From the NCBI GenBank assembly GCA_964474825.1, contig CAYYWQ010000001.1, positions 1,033,606 through 1,097,605 of the forward strand: a stretch of 64,000 nucleotides of DNA. Direction: 5' to 3'. Each line of letters starts with the position of its first letter. Position 1 is the first letter of the stretch. This document shows positions 28,512 through 38,288 of this stretch, piece by piece. The translations under genes and the position numbers were made by a program. The notes under the pieces are model-generated. The model did no database searches and was not told the origin of the DNA. It saw nothing but the letters and a program-made list of their open reading frames with translations. Source of the stretch: an uncultured Candidatus Saccharibacteria bacterium (GTDB lineage Bacteria; Patescibacteriota; Doudnabacteria; UBA920).

Positions 28512-29609
28512 TTATTTTACCAATTCCGGTTTCCCGTTTGTGATTTTAAATATTTTTTCTACTTTTTCCGAATACTGTTTTCCGTCCATGTTAATTGGAG
28601 AGCCTGTACCTTGTATTTTTACCTGTGTTAGAGCGTCTCTAAGAGAAATGCTTTTATTTAAAGATATTCTATGAGCTTCCCCTATGGTTTTAATGCCATC
28701 GTATCCAAAGGTGACAAATTCTGCCGCCGACGCTTCTGTTCCGTACTTGGCTTTATATTTAATTAGCAAATTAGTAGCGTTGTCCGCAAAAATATTTGTT
28801 TGGTAAACATTTTCCGCAGCTTTCCCGGCCGCATCAATTTCGTCTTGAATTAAGCCGTCCGCGCTTAAAAGTTGTCCGTTAAATTTAAGTTCTTTGGCTT
28901 GGGTAATAATGCGGCTCCCTCCGGGAGGATTTACCGGAAAATAAATACCTTGAGCTCCGGCGTTTTTTGCCTTGGTAATTAAAGTCCTGAAGTCTTGTTC
29001 TGTAACTATAACTTTTTCATTCATTACCACCACGCCTCCCAAAGCTTGGAATTTTTTTATAAATGCCGCGGAAATCAATTCTGACCAGGCGTCGATTTGT
29101 TCTATTACTGCCACCTTTTTTACTCCAAGTTTGTTAAAACCATACTCAGCCATTTTTTCACCAGTGGCCTCTGTGTTAAAGCCAATGGAAAATATATAGT
29201 CTCCCGCTGTCTTCATGTAGTCATTGCTGTCCCAGGTTCCTAATATTGGTATTTTAGCTTTATTAAATATTGGCGCTACCGGCTTAATTTCTTCTATGGC
29301 CATGGTAAACACCGCGTCTACTTTGTTTCGTGATATCAGCTTATTGGCGGCATTTACAGAGTCGGTTGCTTTAAACTGGTCGTCTTCTACAATGTACTCG
29401 ATTTTTTTCCCAGCTGTATTTTCTTCTTCCACGGCCAATAAAGCACCCCGGTTTACTTCTTCCGCTATAGAGCTGTAGCCTCCTGTCATTGGCAAAATAG
29501 CTCCAATTTTCAGGGTAGCGGTGGTTGCGCTTTGTTTGCTATTATTTATTTTTATGACCACGAAGGCCAAAATCGCTAATACCGCAATGACTAAAATTTT
29601 GTTTCTCAT
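28512..29609 (-). CDS. ABC transporter substrate-binding protein, LivJ family (second paralogue)
   Basis: LKIGAILPMTG, IVEDDQ, EQDFRTLITK, GYDG. Confidence 0.9.
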   Translation of the reverse strand: MRNKILVIAVLAILAFVVIKINNSKQSATTATLKIGAILPMTGGYSSIAEEVNRGALLAVEEENTAGKKIEYIVEDDQFKATDSVNAANKLISRNKVDAVFTMAIEEIKPVAPIFNKAKIPILGTWDSNDYMKTAGDYIFSIGFNTEATGEKMAEYGFNKLGVKKVAVIEQIDAWSELISAAFIKKFQALGGVVVMNEKVIVTEQDFRTLITKAKNAGAQGIYFPVNPPGGSRIITQAKELKFNGQLLSADGLIQDEIDAAGKAAENVYQTNIFADNATNLLIKYKAKYGTEASAAEFVTFGYDGIKTIGEAHRISLNKSISLRDALTQVKIQGTGSPINMDGKQYSEKVEKIFKITNGKPELVK

Positions 29610-29674
29610 TTTGTTTTTATGAAGCTTTTTAACTTATGTAATCTAATTTTACTTAATTTAAGCCAAATTAGCAA

Positions 29675-31765
29675 TTATTTCTTTCCTTGCAAATGTTTTA
29701 TCTTTTTTATTTCTTCTATTCTGTCGCGGAGGCGGGCAGCGAGTTCAAATTCCAGGTTTTGGGCGGCTAAGTCCATTTGTTCTTCTAGCTCGCTTACGTA
29801 GAATTTTAATTCTTCCGGAGTCATTTTGGAGGAATCTACCTGGCGTTCTTTTTCGTCTTCTATTTCTTTATGACTACCGGCAAGGCGTGAGTCGGCTATG
29901 GCTTTTTGAATACTTTGGGGGGTTATGCCGTGTTTGGTGTTGTAAATTTCCTGAAGTTTTCTGCGCCTATTTGTCTCATCTATCGCTCGTTTCATTGAGC
30001 CGGTAATTTTGTCCGCGTACATTACCACATGGCCTTTAAGGTGCCTGGCGGCGCGGCCCATCATTTGCATAAAGAAAGTCTCGCTGCGTAAAAAACCTTC
30101 TTTGTCGGCATCTAAAATTGCCACCAAAGAAACTTCTGGTAAATCTAATCCTTCCCTAAGCAGGTTAATGCCAACTAGTACATCGTAAATACCTAGGCGT
30201 AAATCGCGTAATATTTCCAAGCGTTCAAATGTGTCTACATCAGAATGCAAATACTGAACTTTAACCCCGTCTTCTTTTAAGTATTCGGTAAGTTCCTCAG
30301 CCATGCGTTTGGTTAGGGTTGCCACTAACACGCGCTGATGTTGCCCAACTCTTTCTTTAATTTGCTCTATTAAATCATCCACCTGGTTTTTAATGGGCTT
30401 TATTTCTATGCTTGGGTCTAAAAGGCCTGTGGGTCGAATAATTTGTTCTACAATTGTGGGAGGTTTTAACTCCTTTAGTTTTGGCCGCGCGTCTATAATG
30501 CTTTGTTCTTCTTCGGTGCGCTTGGATTTAGAAATAAATTTAATGTCTTTTTGGGTCAGGCTTCTTTCTATTTCAAATTCCGCTGGGGTGGCCGAAACAA
30601 ACACGGCTTGGGTAATTTTTTTCTCAAATTCTGTAAATTTTAATGGGCGATTGTCTAAAGCACTGGGCAGTCTAAAGCCGTAATCTACTAAGGTTGTTTT
30701 TCTGCTTTTATCTCCTTCGTACATAGCGCCAATTTGGGGGATGCTCTGGTGGGACTCGTCTATAAATAGCAGGAAGTCGTCCGGGAAATAATCTATTAGC
30801 GTAGAAGGTGGATCGCCGGCATTTCGGCCGTCTAAGTGCCTGGAATAGTTTTCTATACCCGCAACAAAGCCGGTGTTGGTGAGCATTTCCAAGTCAAAGT
30901 TGGTTCTTTGTTCCAGTCTCTGGGCTTCTAAAAGCTTCCCTTCTTTTTTAAATTCTTTGAGTCTTTCAGCAAGCTCCTCGCGTACTTTTTCCATGGCTTC
31001 TTTTAATTGCTCCTCAGGAGCAACAAAATGCTTGGCAGGGAAAATTGTGAATTCTTCTAAGGTTTCCAGTTTATGTCCGCTGACTGCGTCCAGGCGTTCT
31101 ATTTTTTCCAACTCGTCGCCATTAAAATCCATGCGGATTATTGTGTCTTCGGAAGACAGGATAATTTCTAACACATCTCCTTTGGCTCGGAAGCTTCCGC
31201 GTTCAAGTTCTAGGTCGTTCCTATGGAACTGCAAATCTGTAAGCCTTCTTAAAAGCTTGTCGCGTTTAAAGCTTTCTCCCCTTTTTATTTTAAGGGAAAG
31301 CTCCAAATAGTTGGCCGGATTGCCTAAACCGTAAATGCAGGAAACACTGGCTACAATCAACACATCTTTTCTAGAAAGTAGCGACTGGGTAGCAGCGTTA
31401 CGAAGCCTGTCTATCTCTTCGTTAATTTGCGTGTCTTTCTCTATGTATGTGTCTGTGCGGGGAATATAGGCTTCCGGCTGGTAGTAGTCGTAGTAGGAAA
31501 CAAAATAGTGAATGGCATTGTCCGGGAAAAATTCCTGGAATTCCGCGGCCAGTTGCGCGGCTAAAGTTTTGTTGTGGCTAATGATTAAAGTAGGTTTTTG
31601 AAAATGCTGAACCACATTGGCCATAGTAAAAGTCTTGCCGCTTCCGGTAACGCCAAGTAAAGTTTGGTATCTGCGTCCGGCTTCTATAGACTTAATTAAG
31701 CCCGCAATTGCAGCGGGTTGGTCGCCAGCTGGTTTAAATTTAGATTGTAATTTAAATTTACTCAT
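29675..31765 (-). CDS. uvrB: Excinuclease ABC subunit B
   Basis: [38 protein letters not shown] domain. Confidence 0.99.
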   Translation of the reverse strand: MSKFKLQSKFKPAGDQPAAIAGLIKSIEAGRRYQTLLGVTGSGKTFTMANVVQHFQKPTLIISHNKTLAAQLAAEFQEFFPDNAIHYFVSYYDYYQPEAYIPRTDTYIEKDTQINEEIDRLRNAATQSLLSRKDVLIVASVSCIYGLGNPANYLELSLKIKRGESFKRDKLLRRLTDLQFHRNDLELERGSFRAKGDVLEIILSSEDTIIRMDFNGDELEKIERLDAVSGHKLETLEEFTIFPAKHFVAPEEQLKEAMEKVREELAERLKEFKKEGKLLEAQRLEQRTNFDLEMLTNTGFVAGIENYSRHLDGRNAGDPPSTLIDYFPDDFLLFIDESHQSIPQIGAMYEGDKSRKTTLVDYGFRLPSALDNRPLKFTEFEKKITQAVFVSATPAEFEIERSLTQKDIKFISKSKRTEEEQSIIDARPKLKELKPPTIVEQIIRPTGLLDPSIEIKPIKNQVDDLIEQIKERVGQHQRVLVATLTKRMAEELTEYLKEDGVKVQYLHSDVDTFERLEILRDLRLGIYDVLVGINLLREGLDLPEVSLVAILDADKEGFLRSETFFMQMMGRAARHLKGHVVMYADKITGSMKRAIDETNRRRKLQEIYNTKHGITPQSIQKAIADSRLAGSHKEIEDEKERQVDSSKMTPEELKFYVSELEEQMDLAAQNLEFELAARLRDRIEEIKKIKHLQGKK

Positions 31766-31813
31766 AAAATATATAAAGAGAATACGACTTATATCATAAC
31801 ATCATAGACGCAC

Positions 31814-31850
31814 AAAAAAAAGTGCCGAACGGTGGATCAAACCGTTCGGC
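31814..31850 (-). terminator. Intrinsic terminator closing the 32.4->31.8 kb transcript
   Basis: Minus strand GCCGAACGGT-TTGATCC-ACCGTTCGGC AC TTTTTTTT. Confidence 0.8.
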
Positions 31851-31874
31851 GTAGGCCATCTCGCATAAGGATGG

Positions 31875-32003
31875 CTAAAAAGGAGTGGCCCAATAGGGCC
31901 ATGGAGGAGCCAGTGGAGGCCAGAGGATTATGTGGGGGATCCTCACGAAATGGGGCAAAAGATTTTTTTCATCACTCACCAACCCAGGAAAGTGATTACT
32001 CAT
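31875..32003 (-). CDS. Putative 42-aa Pro/Trp-rich peptide
   Basis: Hand-translated MSNHFPGLVSDEKNLLPHFVRIPHIILWPPLAPPWPYWATPF*; ends just before the terminator; SD spacing is poor. Confidence 0.35.
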   Translation of the reverse strand: MSNHFPGLVSDEKNLLPHFVRIPHIILWPPLAPPWPYWATPF

Positions 32004-32405
32004 CTCTAGTCTCAGTTCCGTATGACCTCCGGACAGATACTATGCGGATTGGTGTGCAGGCACCATTCGGTACAGTAACTGCTTTTCAGGTTATGATGAA
32101 CGCGAGGCTGCGTTCCTCAAGCCTGATATCCCTTCTTTGAATTATTTGTGAGCGGACGCTCTTGCAAGCGCCCGCTCCAAATCCGGTTGCAGAATGTGCC
32201 TCATTCCATCCTGCTATCCTGTGGAGTCTCGAGCCACAAGAAACCGGAAAACTTTTTGGTGCCGGACGACTGTAGAGTTCTTCCTCGTACAACCTTAGGA
32301 AGGTCTCTAGTTTGCCGTCCGGCGTGTTAAGCCGGGCTTGGGTGGTCGCGCAACCACCATATTCTGCCTCGGAGGTGGCAGAAAAGACCCGGCTTGTCGG
32401 AGTTA
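32004..32405 (-). ncRNA. Candidate structured non-coding leader/RNA
   Basis: Minus-strand promoter TTGACA(32438)-17-AAAAAT with TGn; chain of GC-rich hairpins; no credible long ORF. Confidence 0.45.
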
Positions 32406-32565
32406 GACCATTTTTGCATTTGCCGGCCGCTTTGTCAATGGTGGGTATTGGTGTTAAAATATTATAAGCTAATCAGTAAATCAGCTGATCAGTTAATTAG
32501 TAGAGGGATCCAGTTATGTAGTGCTGATCCGCTGATTAGCTGACATACTGATGCGTTTTCCCTAT

Positions 32566-33123
32566 ATGATTGCTTATTTAAAAGGAACAATTTTAGAAAA
32601 AGGATTAACATATCTCATTGTTTTAAATGGAGGCATGGGTTATAAGGTTTTTGTAACGCCTGAGAATTTGGAAAAAAAGATTGGCGACGAAGTTTCCATG
32701 TTTACCTACCATAAAGTCTCGGACGACGGACAGAGTTTGTTTGGCTTGCCGGATTTTTCTACGCTGCAGTTTTTTGAAATGTTAATTACTGTTTCCGGAG
32801 TTGGCCCTAAGGTTGCACTGGCGATTTTATCTGCGGCACGCGTAGACGCGGTAAAGTCCGCCATTGCCAACCAGGACGCCGGAGCGTTTACAAGAATTGC
32901 CGGTGTGGGAACAAAAACGGCGGAAAAAATTATAGTTGAGTTAAAATCTAAAGTTGGGGTTTTGGGGACAGATAATCAGCAATCTAATAATGACGTGTTC
33001 GACGCATTGTTGGCTTTAGGTTATGGCCAGAAGGAAGTTCGCGAAGTAGTAAGTAAATTAGACGGCAAACTTTCTCAGCAAGAACAAATTAGGGAAGCGT
33101 TAAAAATACTGGGAAAGCATTAA
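32566..33123 (+). CDS. ruvA: Holliday junction DNA-binding protein RuvA
   Basis: MIAYLKG, LFG, LITVSGVGPKVAL, GVGTKTAEKIIVELK, ALLALGY. Confidence 0.97.
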   Translation: MIAYLKGTILEKGLTYLIVLNGGMGYKVFVTPENLEKKIGDEVSMFTYHKVSDDGQSLFGLPDFSTLQFFEMLITVSGVGPKVALAILSAARVDAVKSAIANQDAGAFTRIAGVGTKTAEKIIVELKSKVGVLGTDNQQSNNDVFDALLALGYGQKEVREVVSKLDGKLSQQEQIREALKILGKH

Positions 33124-33127
33124 ATTA

Positions 33128-34183
33128 ATGAAGTTAGTTGAATTAACATCTTCAGATAAAGAACAATACAACCGCTTTGTTGCCTCGCAGCAAGCGGGTA
33201 GTTTTTTGCAGGCTTGGGAATGGGGAGAGTGGCAGGTTCGCCTTGGACGAACTGTTAGCAGATTTAAGATTTCAGATGACAGTGGGAATCAGGCCGGATC
33301 TATCCAGCTAATTAAAATGCCCTTGCCGTTTGGGAAGTATTATTTATACGCGCCATATGGACCGGTTGTAAGTGGGCAGTGGGCAGTGGGCAGTGGTCAG
33401 TTGTTAGACCAATTAAAACAGAAATTTCCGGAAGCAATATTCATTCGCCTTGAGCCAAAAACCTCTTTTCTATCCACTACTCACTATCCAGTACTCACTA
33501 AGTCCGCCAACATTCAACCCACAAAAACTTTAGTTTTGGATTTAGCCAAGACTGAGGAGCAGTTACTTGCAGAAATGCACCCAAAGACACGCTACAACAT
33601 TAAGTTGGCGCAAAGGCATAACGTAGAAGTCAGTTGCGATTTAATGGTAGTTCCCGGATATGGTTTGTATTTAAAGGAAGCGCTGGATTTGTTAGTACAA
33701 ACTGCCGGAAGGCAAAGCTTTCAAACTTTTCCGCGAAGTTATTATGAACAGCTTTTAAACTTCTTCGCACTTCACAATTCAAATGGTGATGTAAAACTTT
33801 ATGTTTATAAAGCGTTAAAAGACAAAGAGCTTTTGGTAACCGCGGTTATGGTAGACTTTGGGGGAACAAGGACTTATTTGTTTGGCGGCAGCAGCCCGCA
33901 CCATAGGGAAGTTATGGCGCCGTACGCGCTACACTGGCAGGCAATTTTAGATGCCAAAAATTTAGGATTAAAACTTTATGATTTCTGGGGAATAGAAACT
34001 AGCTCTGGCGACACTCCTGGGTTTGTTAGGTTTAAAATGGGTTTTGGGGGAGAGGAACTGGTTTATGCAGGCGCATACGATATTAGCAACAAGAAATTGT
34101 GGTATCATGGCTACAAGGGATTGCGCGGAATTAATAGGTCTTTATTACATATCAAAAATTTTACCTCCAAGACTTATAAATAA
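33128..34183 (+). CDS. FemABX-family peptidyltransferase (lipid II cross-bridge)
   Basis: FLQAWEWG, YAPYGP, KTRYNIKLA, YLFGGS, YDFWGI, FKMGFGG. Confidence 0.92.
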   Translation: MKLVELTSSDKEQYNRFVASQQAGSFLQAWEWGEWQVRLGRTVSRFKISDDSGNQAGSIQLIKMPLPFGKYYLYAPYGPVVSGQWAVGSGQLLDQLKQKFPEAIFIRLEPKTSFLSTTHYPVLTKSANIQPTKTLVLDLAKTEEQLLAEMHPKTRYNIKLAQRHNVEVSCDLMVVPGYGLYLKEALDLLVQTAGRQSFQTFPRSYYEQLLNFFALHNSNGDVKLYVYKALKDKELLVTAVMVDFGGTRTYLFGGSSPHHREVMAPYALHWQAILDAKNLGLKLYDFWGIETSSGDTPGFVRFKMGFGGEELVYAGAYDISNKKLWYHGYKGLRGINRSLLHIKNFTSKTYK

Positions 34184-34207
34184 AAGAACCCCTTCTGGGG
34201 TTCTTTT
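34182..34207. terminator. Bidirectional intrinsic terminator
   Basis: AAAAGAACCCC-TTCT-GGGGTTCTTTT. Confidence 0.8.
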
Positions 34208-34778
34208 ATTTAGTATTATTTCTTAATTCCTTATCAATGTCTTTAATACTATCCTCTATGTCTTCCCTAAAATTTTTTATTGATTCCATCCATAGGTCAT
34301 CTCTCGAAGTTTCTTTTATCCGTTCTAGGAAAAGCTTTAATGTCGGTTTATTTTTATCTTTTATTTGCTCAGGAATTTTATTTAGGGGAGTCCAAGGGTG
34401 TACATCCAAGCTTTTAATTTCTTCCACCAGCTTAGTCAGTCGTTCTTTGCGTTTAATCAAATCTTTTTTTTGTTGTCTTTCGTTACCAGATCGTGTTTCA
34501 TTTCTATCTTTAGTTGCCTTTTCTCCGTCCTTAGTGCTGTACTCAATAACTTTGTCTATATCATTGGTTCCAAGACGCTTATTTAATTCTTTTCCTAGCT
34601 GCGTTGGAGTTTTTTCTCCCAGTTCCCCCAAGGTCTTCTTAAAAGACCCTGACTCAGTCGACGAACCAAATAACTCTTGATCAATTTTTTCATCGGCTCC
34701 TGGGGCAGTTAGGTCGTCAAGCTTAGGATACCCACGTTTTTTAAAGGGATTAGTAAATATATCTCTTCTGTTGAACAT
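34206..34778 (-). CDS. Hypothetical charged protein
   Basis: 190-aa ORF with ATG, terminator directly downstream. Confidence 0.6.
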   Translation of the reverse strand: MFNRRDIFTNPFKKRGYPKLDDLTAPGADEKIDQELFGSSTESGSFKKTLGELGEKTPTQLGKELNKRLGTNDIDKVIEYSTKDGEKATKDRNETRSGNERQQKKDLIKRKERLTKLVEEIKSLDVHPWTPLNKIPEQIKDKNKPTLKLFLERIKETSRDDLWMESIKNFREDIEDSIKDIDKELRNNTK

Positions 34779-34871
34779 ATTGGTGTTTTAGTCTATGTTT
34801 TAAAGACTTTATGTTTATTAAGTATATAATATTTTTTCTTATTTTGCCATTTCAGTTATAATGTTATTGTT

Positions 34872-36191
34872 ATGGTTAATCTTATAAAAAGTTTTATTCC
34901 CAAAAGTTGGTTAAAAATTTTCAGGCCTTGGTATCACGGCATGGTTGCCTGGGATGCTAATATTTATTATGACCAACCGAGTGAACATTTAACAGTAATT
35001 GGTGTTACTGGTACAGCAGGGAAGTCTACCACTGTGGCAATGCTGGCTCATATTTTAAATTTTGCCGGTAAAAAAACCGGCTACATTACTACGGTAGATT
35101 TTTTTGACGGCAAACACCAGTTTATGAATAAGCACGGGCTTTCCATGCCCAATGAAATTAAGCTGCAAAAACAGCTTAAAACTATGGTAACGCGCGGTTG
35201 CAAATACGCAATTGTAGAATGCACCAGTGAGGGCCTTGAGCAGAACCGTCACATTGGAATTAATTTTGACGTAGCTTTGTTTACTAATTTGTCCCGCGCG
35301 CATTTGGAAGCACATGGCGGTTATGGAAATTATCAGGAAGCAAAGGGCAAGTTGTTTACATCCTTGTCCCGCGGCAAACGCAAAAAGTTTTTTCCGGAAA
35401 AAATAATTGGTGTGAATTTTGACGACCAGACTTCCGGATACTTTTTTAGTTTCCCGGCCGACAAAAAATTCGGAGTAACTTTTAGTGGTATTCAGCTAAC
35501 AGGCGGGCAAAAAGTTTTCTTTGCGGAAACCACAAAGTCCAGTCAGGGCTTAGGGTTTATTTTAGAAGGCCAGCAGTTTAATTTGGAAATGCTGGGAGAG
35601 TTTAATGTAAAAAATGCCGCACTTGCCTCGGCCTGTGCTGCTTCTTTGGGTGTAGACTTAGCTAAAGCTGCTGAAGCTTTAAAGAATTTTCATGGCGTTC
35701 GTGGCCGTATGGAACAAGTGCAGAATAATAGAGGTTTAAAAATAATTGTGGACTACGGCTGTGAGCCCGAAAGTTTTAAAGCCGCCGTGGAAGCTGCGGC
35801 TTTGCTGCCACATAACCGTTTAATACATGTTTTTGGCAGCACAGGCGGACACAGAGACACCAGTAAACGCTTTGAGTTCGGTAAAATTTCCGCCGCCTAT
35901 GCCGACCATATTATTATTACCAATGACGACATTTACGACTCTGACCCAAAAGAAATTGCGGCAAATATTGAACAAGGGATAAAAAGCAACGCGCTCCGCA
36001 AACCTTCCTATGAAATAATCTTAGACAGAAGATCGGCCATTACCAAAGCATTATCTACCGCTCAAAAAAATGACATAGTCCTAATTACCGGAAAGGGGAG
36101 CGAACAGTTCTTGGTCTTGCCTGGGAATAAAAGGGTAGAGTGGGACGAAGTTTCCGTGGTTAACCATGAATTACTAACACCTAACACCTAA
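34872..36191 (+). CDS. murE: MurE-family Mur ligase
   Basis: IGVTGTAGKSTT, ECTSEG, FTNLSRAHL, GRME, IIVDY, LITGKG. Confidence 0.85.
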   Translation: MVNLIKSFIPKSWLKIFRPWYHGMVAWDANIYYDQPSEHLTVIGVTGTAGKSTTVAMLAHILNFAGKKTGYITTVDFFDGKHQFMNKHGLSMPNEIKLQKQLKTMVTRGCKYAIVECTSEGLEQNRHIGINFDVALFTNLSRAHLEAHGGYGNYQEAKGKLFTSLSRGKRKKFFPEKIIGVNFDDQTSGYFFSFPADKKFGVTFSGIQLTGGQKVFFAETTKSSQGLGFILEGQQFNLEMLGEFNVKNAALASACAASLGVDLAKAAEALKNFHGVRGRMEQVQNNRGLKIIVDYGCEPESFKAAVEAAALLPHNRLIHVFGSTGGHRDTSKRFEFGKISAAYADHIIITNDDIYDSDPKEIAANIEQGIKSNALRKPSYEIILDRRSAITKALSTAQKNDIVLITGKGSEQFLVLPGNKRVEWDEVSVVNHELLTPNT

Positions 36192-36499
36192 TGACTCTTT
36201 ACATAGACACAACGGATTTTAATAAAATGGTTTTTGGTGTTTTTGATGGGAAAAAAACTATCAAGCGGACATATAAAATAGATCCGCACAAATCAAACGA
36301 GACTTTGGGAAAGCTAGATGAATTTATAAAGGGATTAAAGATTAAGGATTTAGGATTAAAGATAAAACAGATTGTAGTTAACAAAGGCCCTGGTTCCTAT
36401 ACCGGCGTGCGCGTGGGCGTAACTATCGCCCAAGCTTTGGGGTTTGCCTGGAACGTACCGGTAAAAGCTGTGGTAAAAGATAAATTTATCATTAGTTGA
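36191..36499 (+). CDS. tsaB: TsaB (short, N-terminal half only)
   Basis: LYIDTT, VNKGPGSYTGVRVGVTIAQAL. Confidence 0.9.
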   Translation: MTLYIDTTDFNKMVFGVFDGKKTIKRTYKIDPHKSNETLGKLDEFIKGLKIKDLGLKIKQIVVNKGPGSYTGVRVGVTIAQALGFAWNVPVKAVVKDKFIIS

Positions 36500-36510
36500 T
36501 TGTTGTAAAT

Positions 36511-36543
36511 AAAAACGCTGATCTTTTGAGATCAGCGTTTTTT
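36511..36543. terminator. Bidirectional intrinsic terminator
   Basis: AAAAACGCTGATCT-TTTG-AGATCAGCGTTTTT. Confidence 0.85.
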
Positions 36544-36555
36544 AGTATTTATCGA

Positions 36556-37299
36556 TTATTCCTTTAATCTAAACAACCAAAAAGTCAAAACCAGCATTAC
36601 CGCCAGCCATATGGCGAGAATTAAAATATCAAAACCAATTGTGGCAAAGTTAAATGGGTATAAATAGGCTTGGCGCAGGCCGTCGGCCAGGTAGGTAATG
36701 GGTAGGAAGCGCGCCACAACTTGCAGGCCGTGCGGCAGGGTTTCAATAGGGTAAAAAATATTTCCTAAAAATGTTAATGGCAGGCCAATGGCTGAGGTAA
36801 TAGGCGCGGCAGAGTCATAGCTTTTGGCAAAAGTGGAAATGAGCAGGCCACAGAGCAGAAAAATAGAACCGCCTAACAGGACAAGAATCAGCGTAGAAAT
36901 TATATTGCCAACAAATTGGGCTTTAAAAACTAAAGCGCCTAACAGGGTTAAGATAACCACTTGGGCAATAACAATAGTTAGCCTGGCGCAAACCAAACTC
37001 AAGGCCAGTTGCCATTGTTTTAATGGAGTGGCCAAAAGGCGTTTAATAATTCCCCGGGCTTTTAAGTCCACCATCCAGTAAGCCAGGGAATAAATGCCGC
37101 CTTGCATAATGGTCATGGCAATTATTCCGGGCAAAACGTAATTGGAATATTTTAAATTGGTGTTTATTATTTTACCAACCGGTAAAACTGAAAGCACAAT
37201 ATAAATAAAGGAAGGCATTAGCACAGTCCAGTAAAAGCCTTCTTTTTCCCGGTAAAACATTTTGAAGTTGGATTTGAAAAGTTGCCAAAAGCTATTCAT
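36556..37299 (-). CDS. ABC-2 type exporter permease
   Basis: YVLPGIIAM, GIIKRLLATP, FYPIETLP, LPITY. Confidence 0.9.
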   Translation of the reverse strand: MNSFWQLFKSNFKMFYREKEGFYWTVLMPSFIYIVLSVLPVGKIINTNLKYSNYVLPGIIAMTIMQGGIYSLAYWMVDLKARGIIKRLLATPLKQWQLALSLVCARLTIVIAQVVILTLLGALVFKAQFVGNIISTLILVLLGGSIFLLCGLLISTFAKSYDSAAPITSAIGLPLTFLGNIFYPIETLPHGLQVVARFLPITYLADGLRQAYLYPFNFATIGFDILILAIWLAVMLVLTFWLFRLKE

Positions 37300-38239
37300 T
37301 TTCCTCCTCTTCCCCGTAAGCGCGGCCTGTTAAGTCCAAGTAGACGTCTTCCAGAGTTGCTGTTTTAACAGTAAAGCCGTAAAAAACAATGTTGTGGGTT
37401 TTTAATAAATTAACAACGGCGGAAATTTTGTCTAAGCTGGTAATTTCCAAAATAACTTTGGGAAAATCAGCGTGGACTTTTTTTATTTCCGGCATTTTAG
37501 AAAAAAGTTTTTCGTCCACCTGGTTGTCCGTAAAAAAAGAAATCTGCGTAGTGTCGGAAAGTCTGTCTATTAGTTTTTTTGGCTCGTCTATTTCCAGTAT
37601 TTGCCCTTGGTCCATAATAGCCACGCGGTGGCAAAGGTATTCCGCCTCTTCCATGTAATGAGTGGTAATAATAATTGTAATGCCGCGGGAATTTATTTTT
37701 TTAATTAACTGCCACATGTCCCTCCGGGCTTTTGGGTCCAGTCCTGTAGTGGGTTCGTCTAAAAACAAAATTTCCGGTTCGTTAACCAGGGAAGTGGCAA
37801 TTGTAAAGCGCTGTTTTTGCCCGCCGGAGAGGTTGGAAAACTCCTCGTGCTCTTTGTCTATTAAATTTACTAAGCCAAGCAGTTCTTGTTTGTCGGCCTT
37901 TAGGTTATAGAAAGAGGCAAAGAGGTCTAAGAGTTCCCATAAACTTAAATGGTGCAGGTATTGGCTGCTTTGAAGCTGAATGCCAATCCGTTTTTTTATT
38001 TCTTCAACCTGTTTTAGGTTATCGAACCCTAAAACTTGCACAGTTCCGGAAGTCTGCGGCTTTAATCCCTCTATAATCTCTAGTGTTGTGGTCTTTCCAG
38101 CTCCATTTGGCCCTAAAATCCCAAATATCTCCCCCTTCTCTACGTTAAAGCTTGTTCCCTTAACTGCCTCAAAAACCCCTTTGCCTTTTGGCAGGGGGTA
38201 AGTTTTTTTAAGATTTGTAACTTCTATAACTTTGTCCAT
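37292..38239 (-). CDS. ABC exporter ATP-binding protein
   Basis: GPNGAGKTT, LSGGQKQR, LFLDEPTTGLD, TTHYMEEA. Confidence 0.95.
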   Translation of the reverse strand: MDKVIEVTNLKKTYPLPKGKGVFEAVKGTSFNVEKGEIFGILGPNGAGKTTTLEIIEGLKPQTSGTVQVLGFDNLKQVEEIKKRIGIQLQSSQYLHHLSLWELLDLFASFYNLKADKQELLGLVNLIDKEHEEFSNLSGGQKQRFTIATSLVNEPEILFLDEPTTGLDPKARRDMWQLIKKINSRGITIIITTHYMEEAEYLCHRVAIMDQGQILEIDEPKKLIDRLSDTTQISFFTDNQVDEKLFSKMPEIKKVHADFPKVILEITSLDKISAVVNLLKTHNIVFYGFTVKTATLEDVYLDLTGRAYGEEEENE

Positions 38240-38288
38240 TGTTAAATGCATTATAGCATTTTGTCTTTTTTATAGGTATAATAATTTT

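Noticed and set aside
32379-32400. CAGAAAAGACCCGGCTTGTCGG resembles the RNase P RNA 3' end
   Set aside because: No matching GAGGAAAGTCC 5' block found; the sequence is explained as one arm of a local hairpin.
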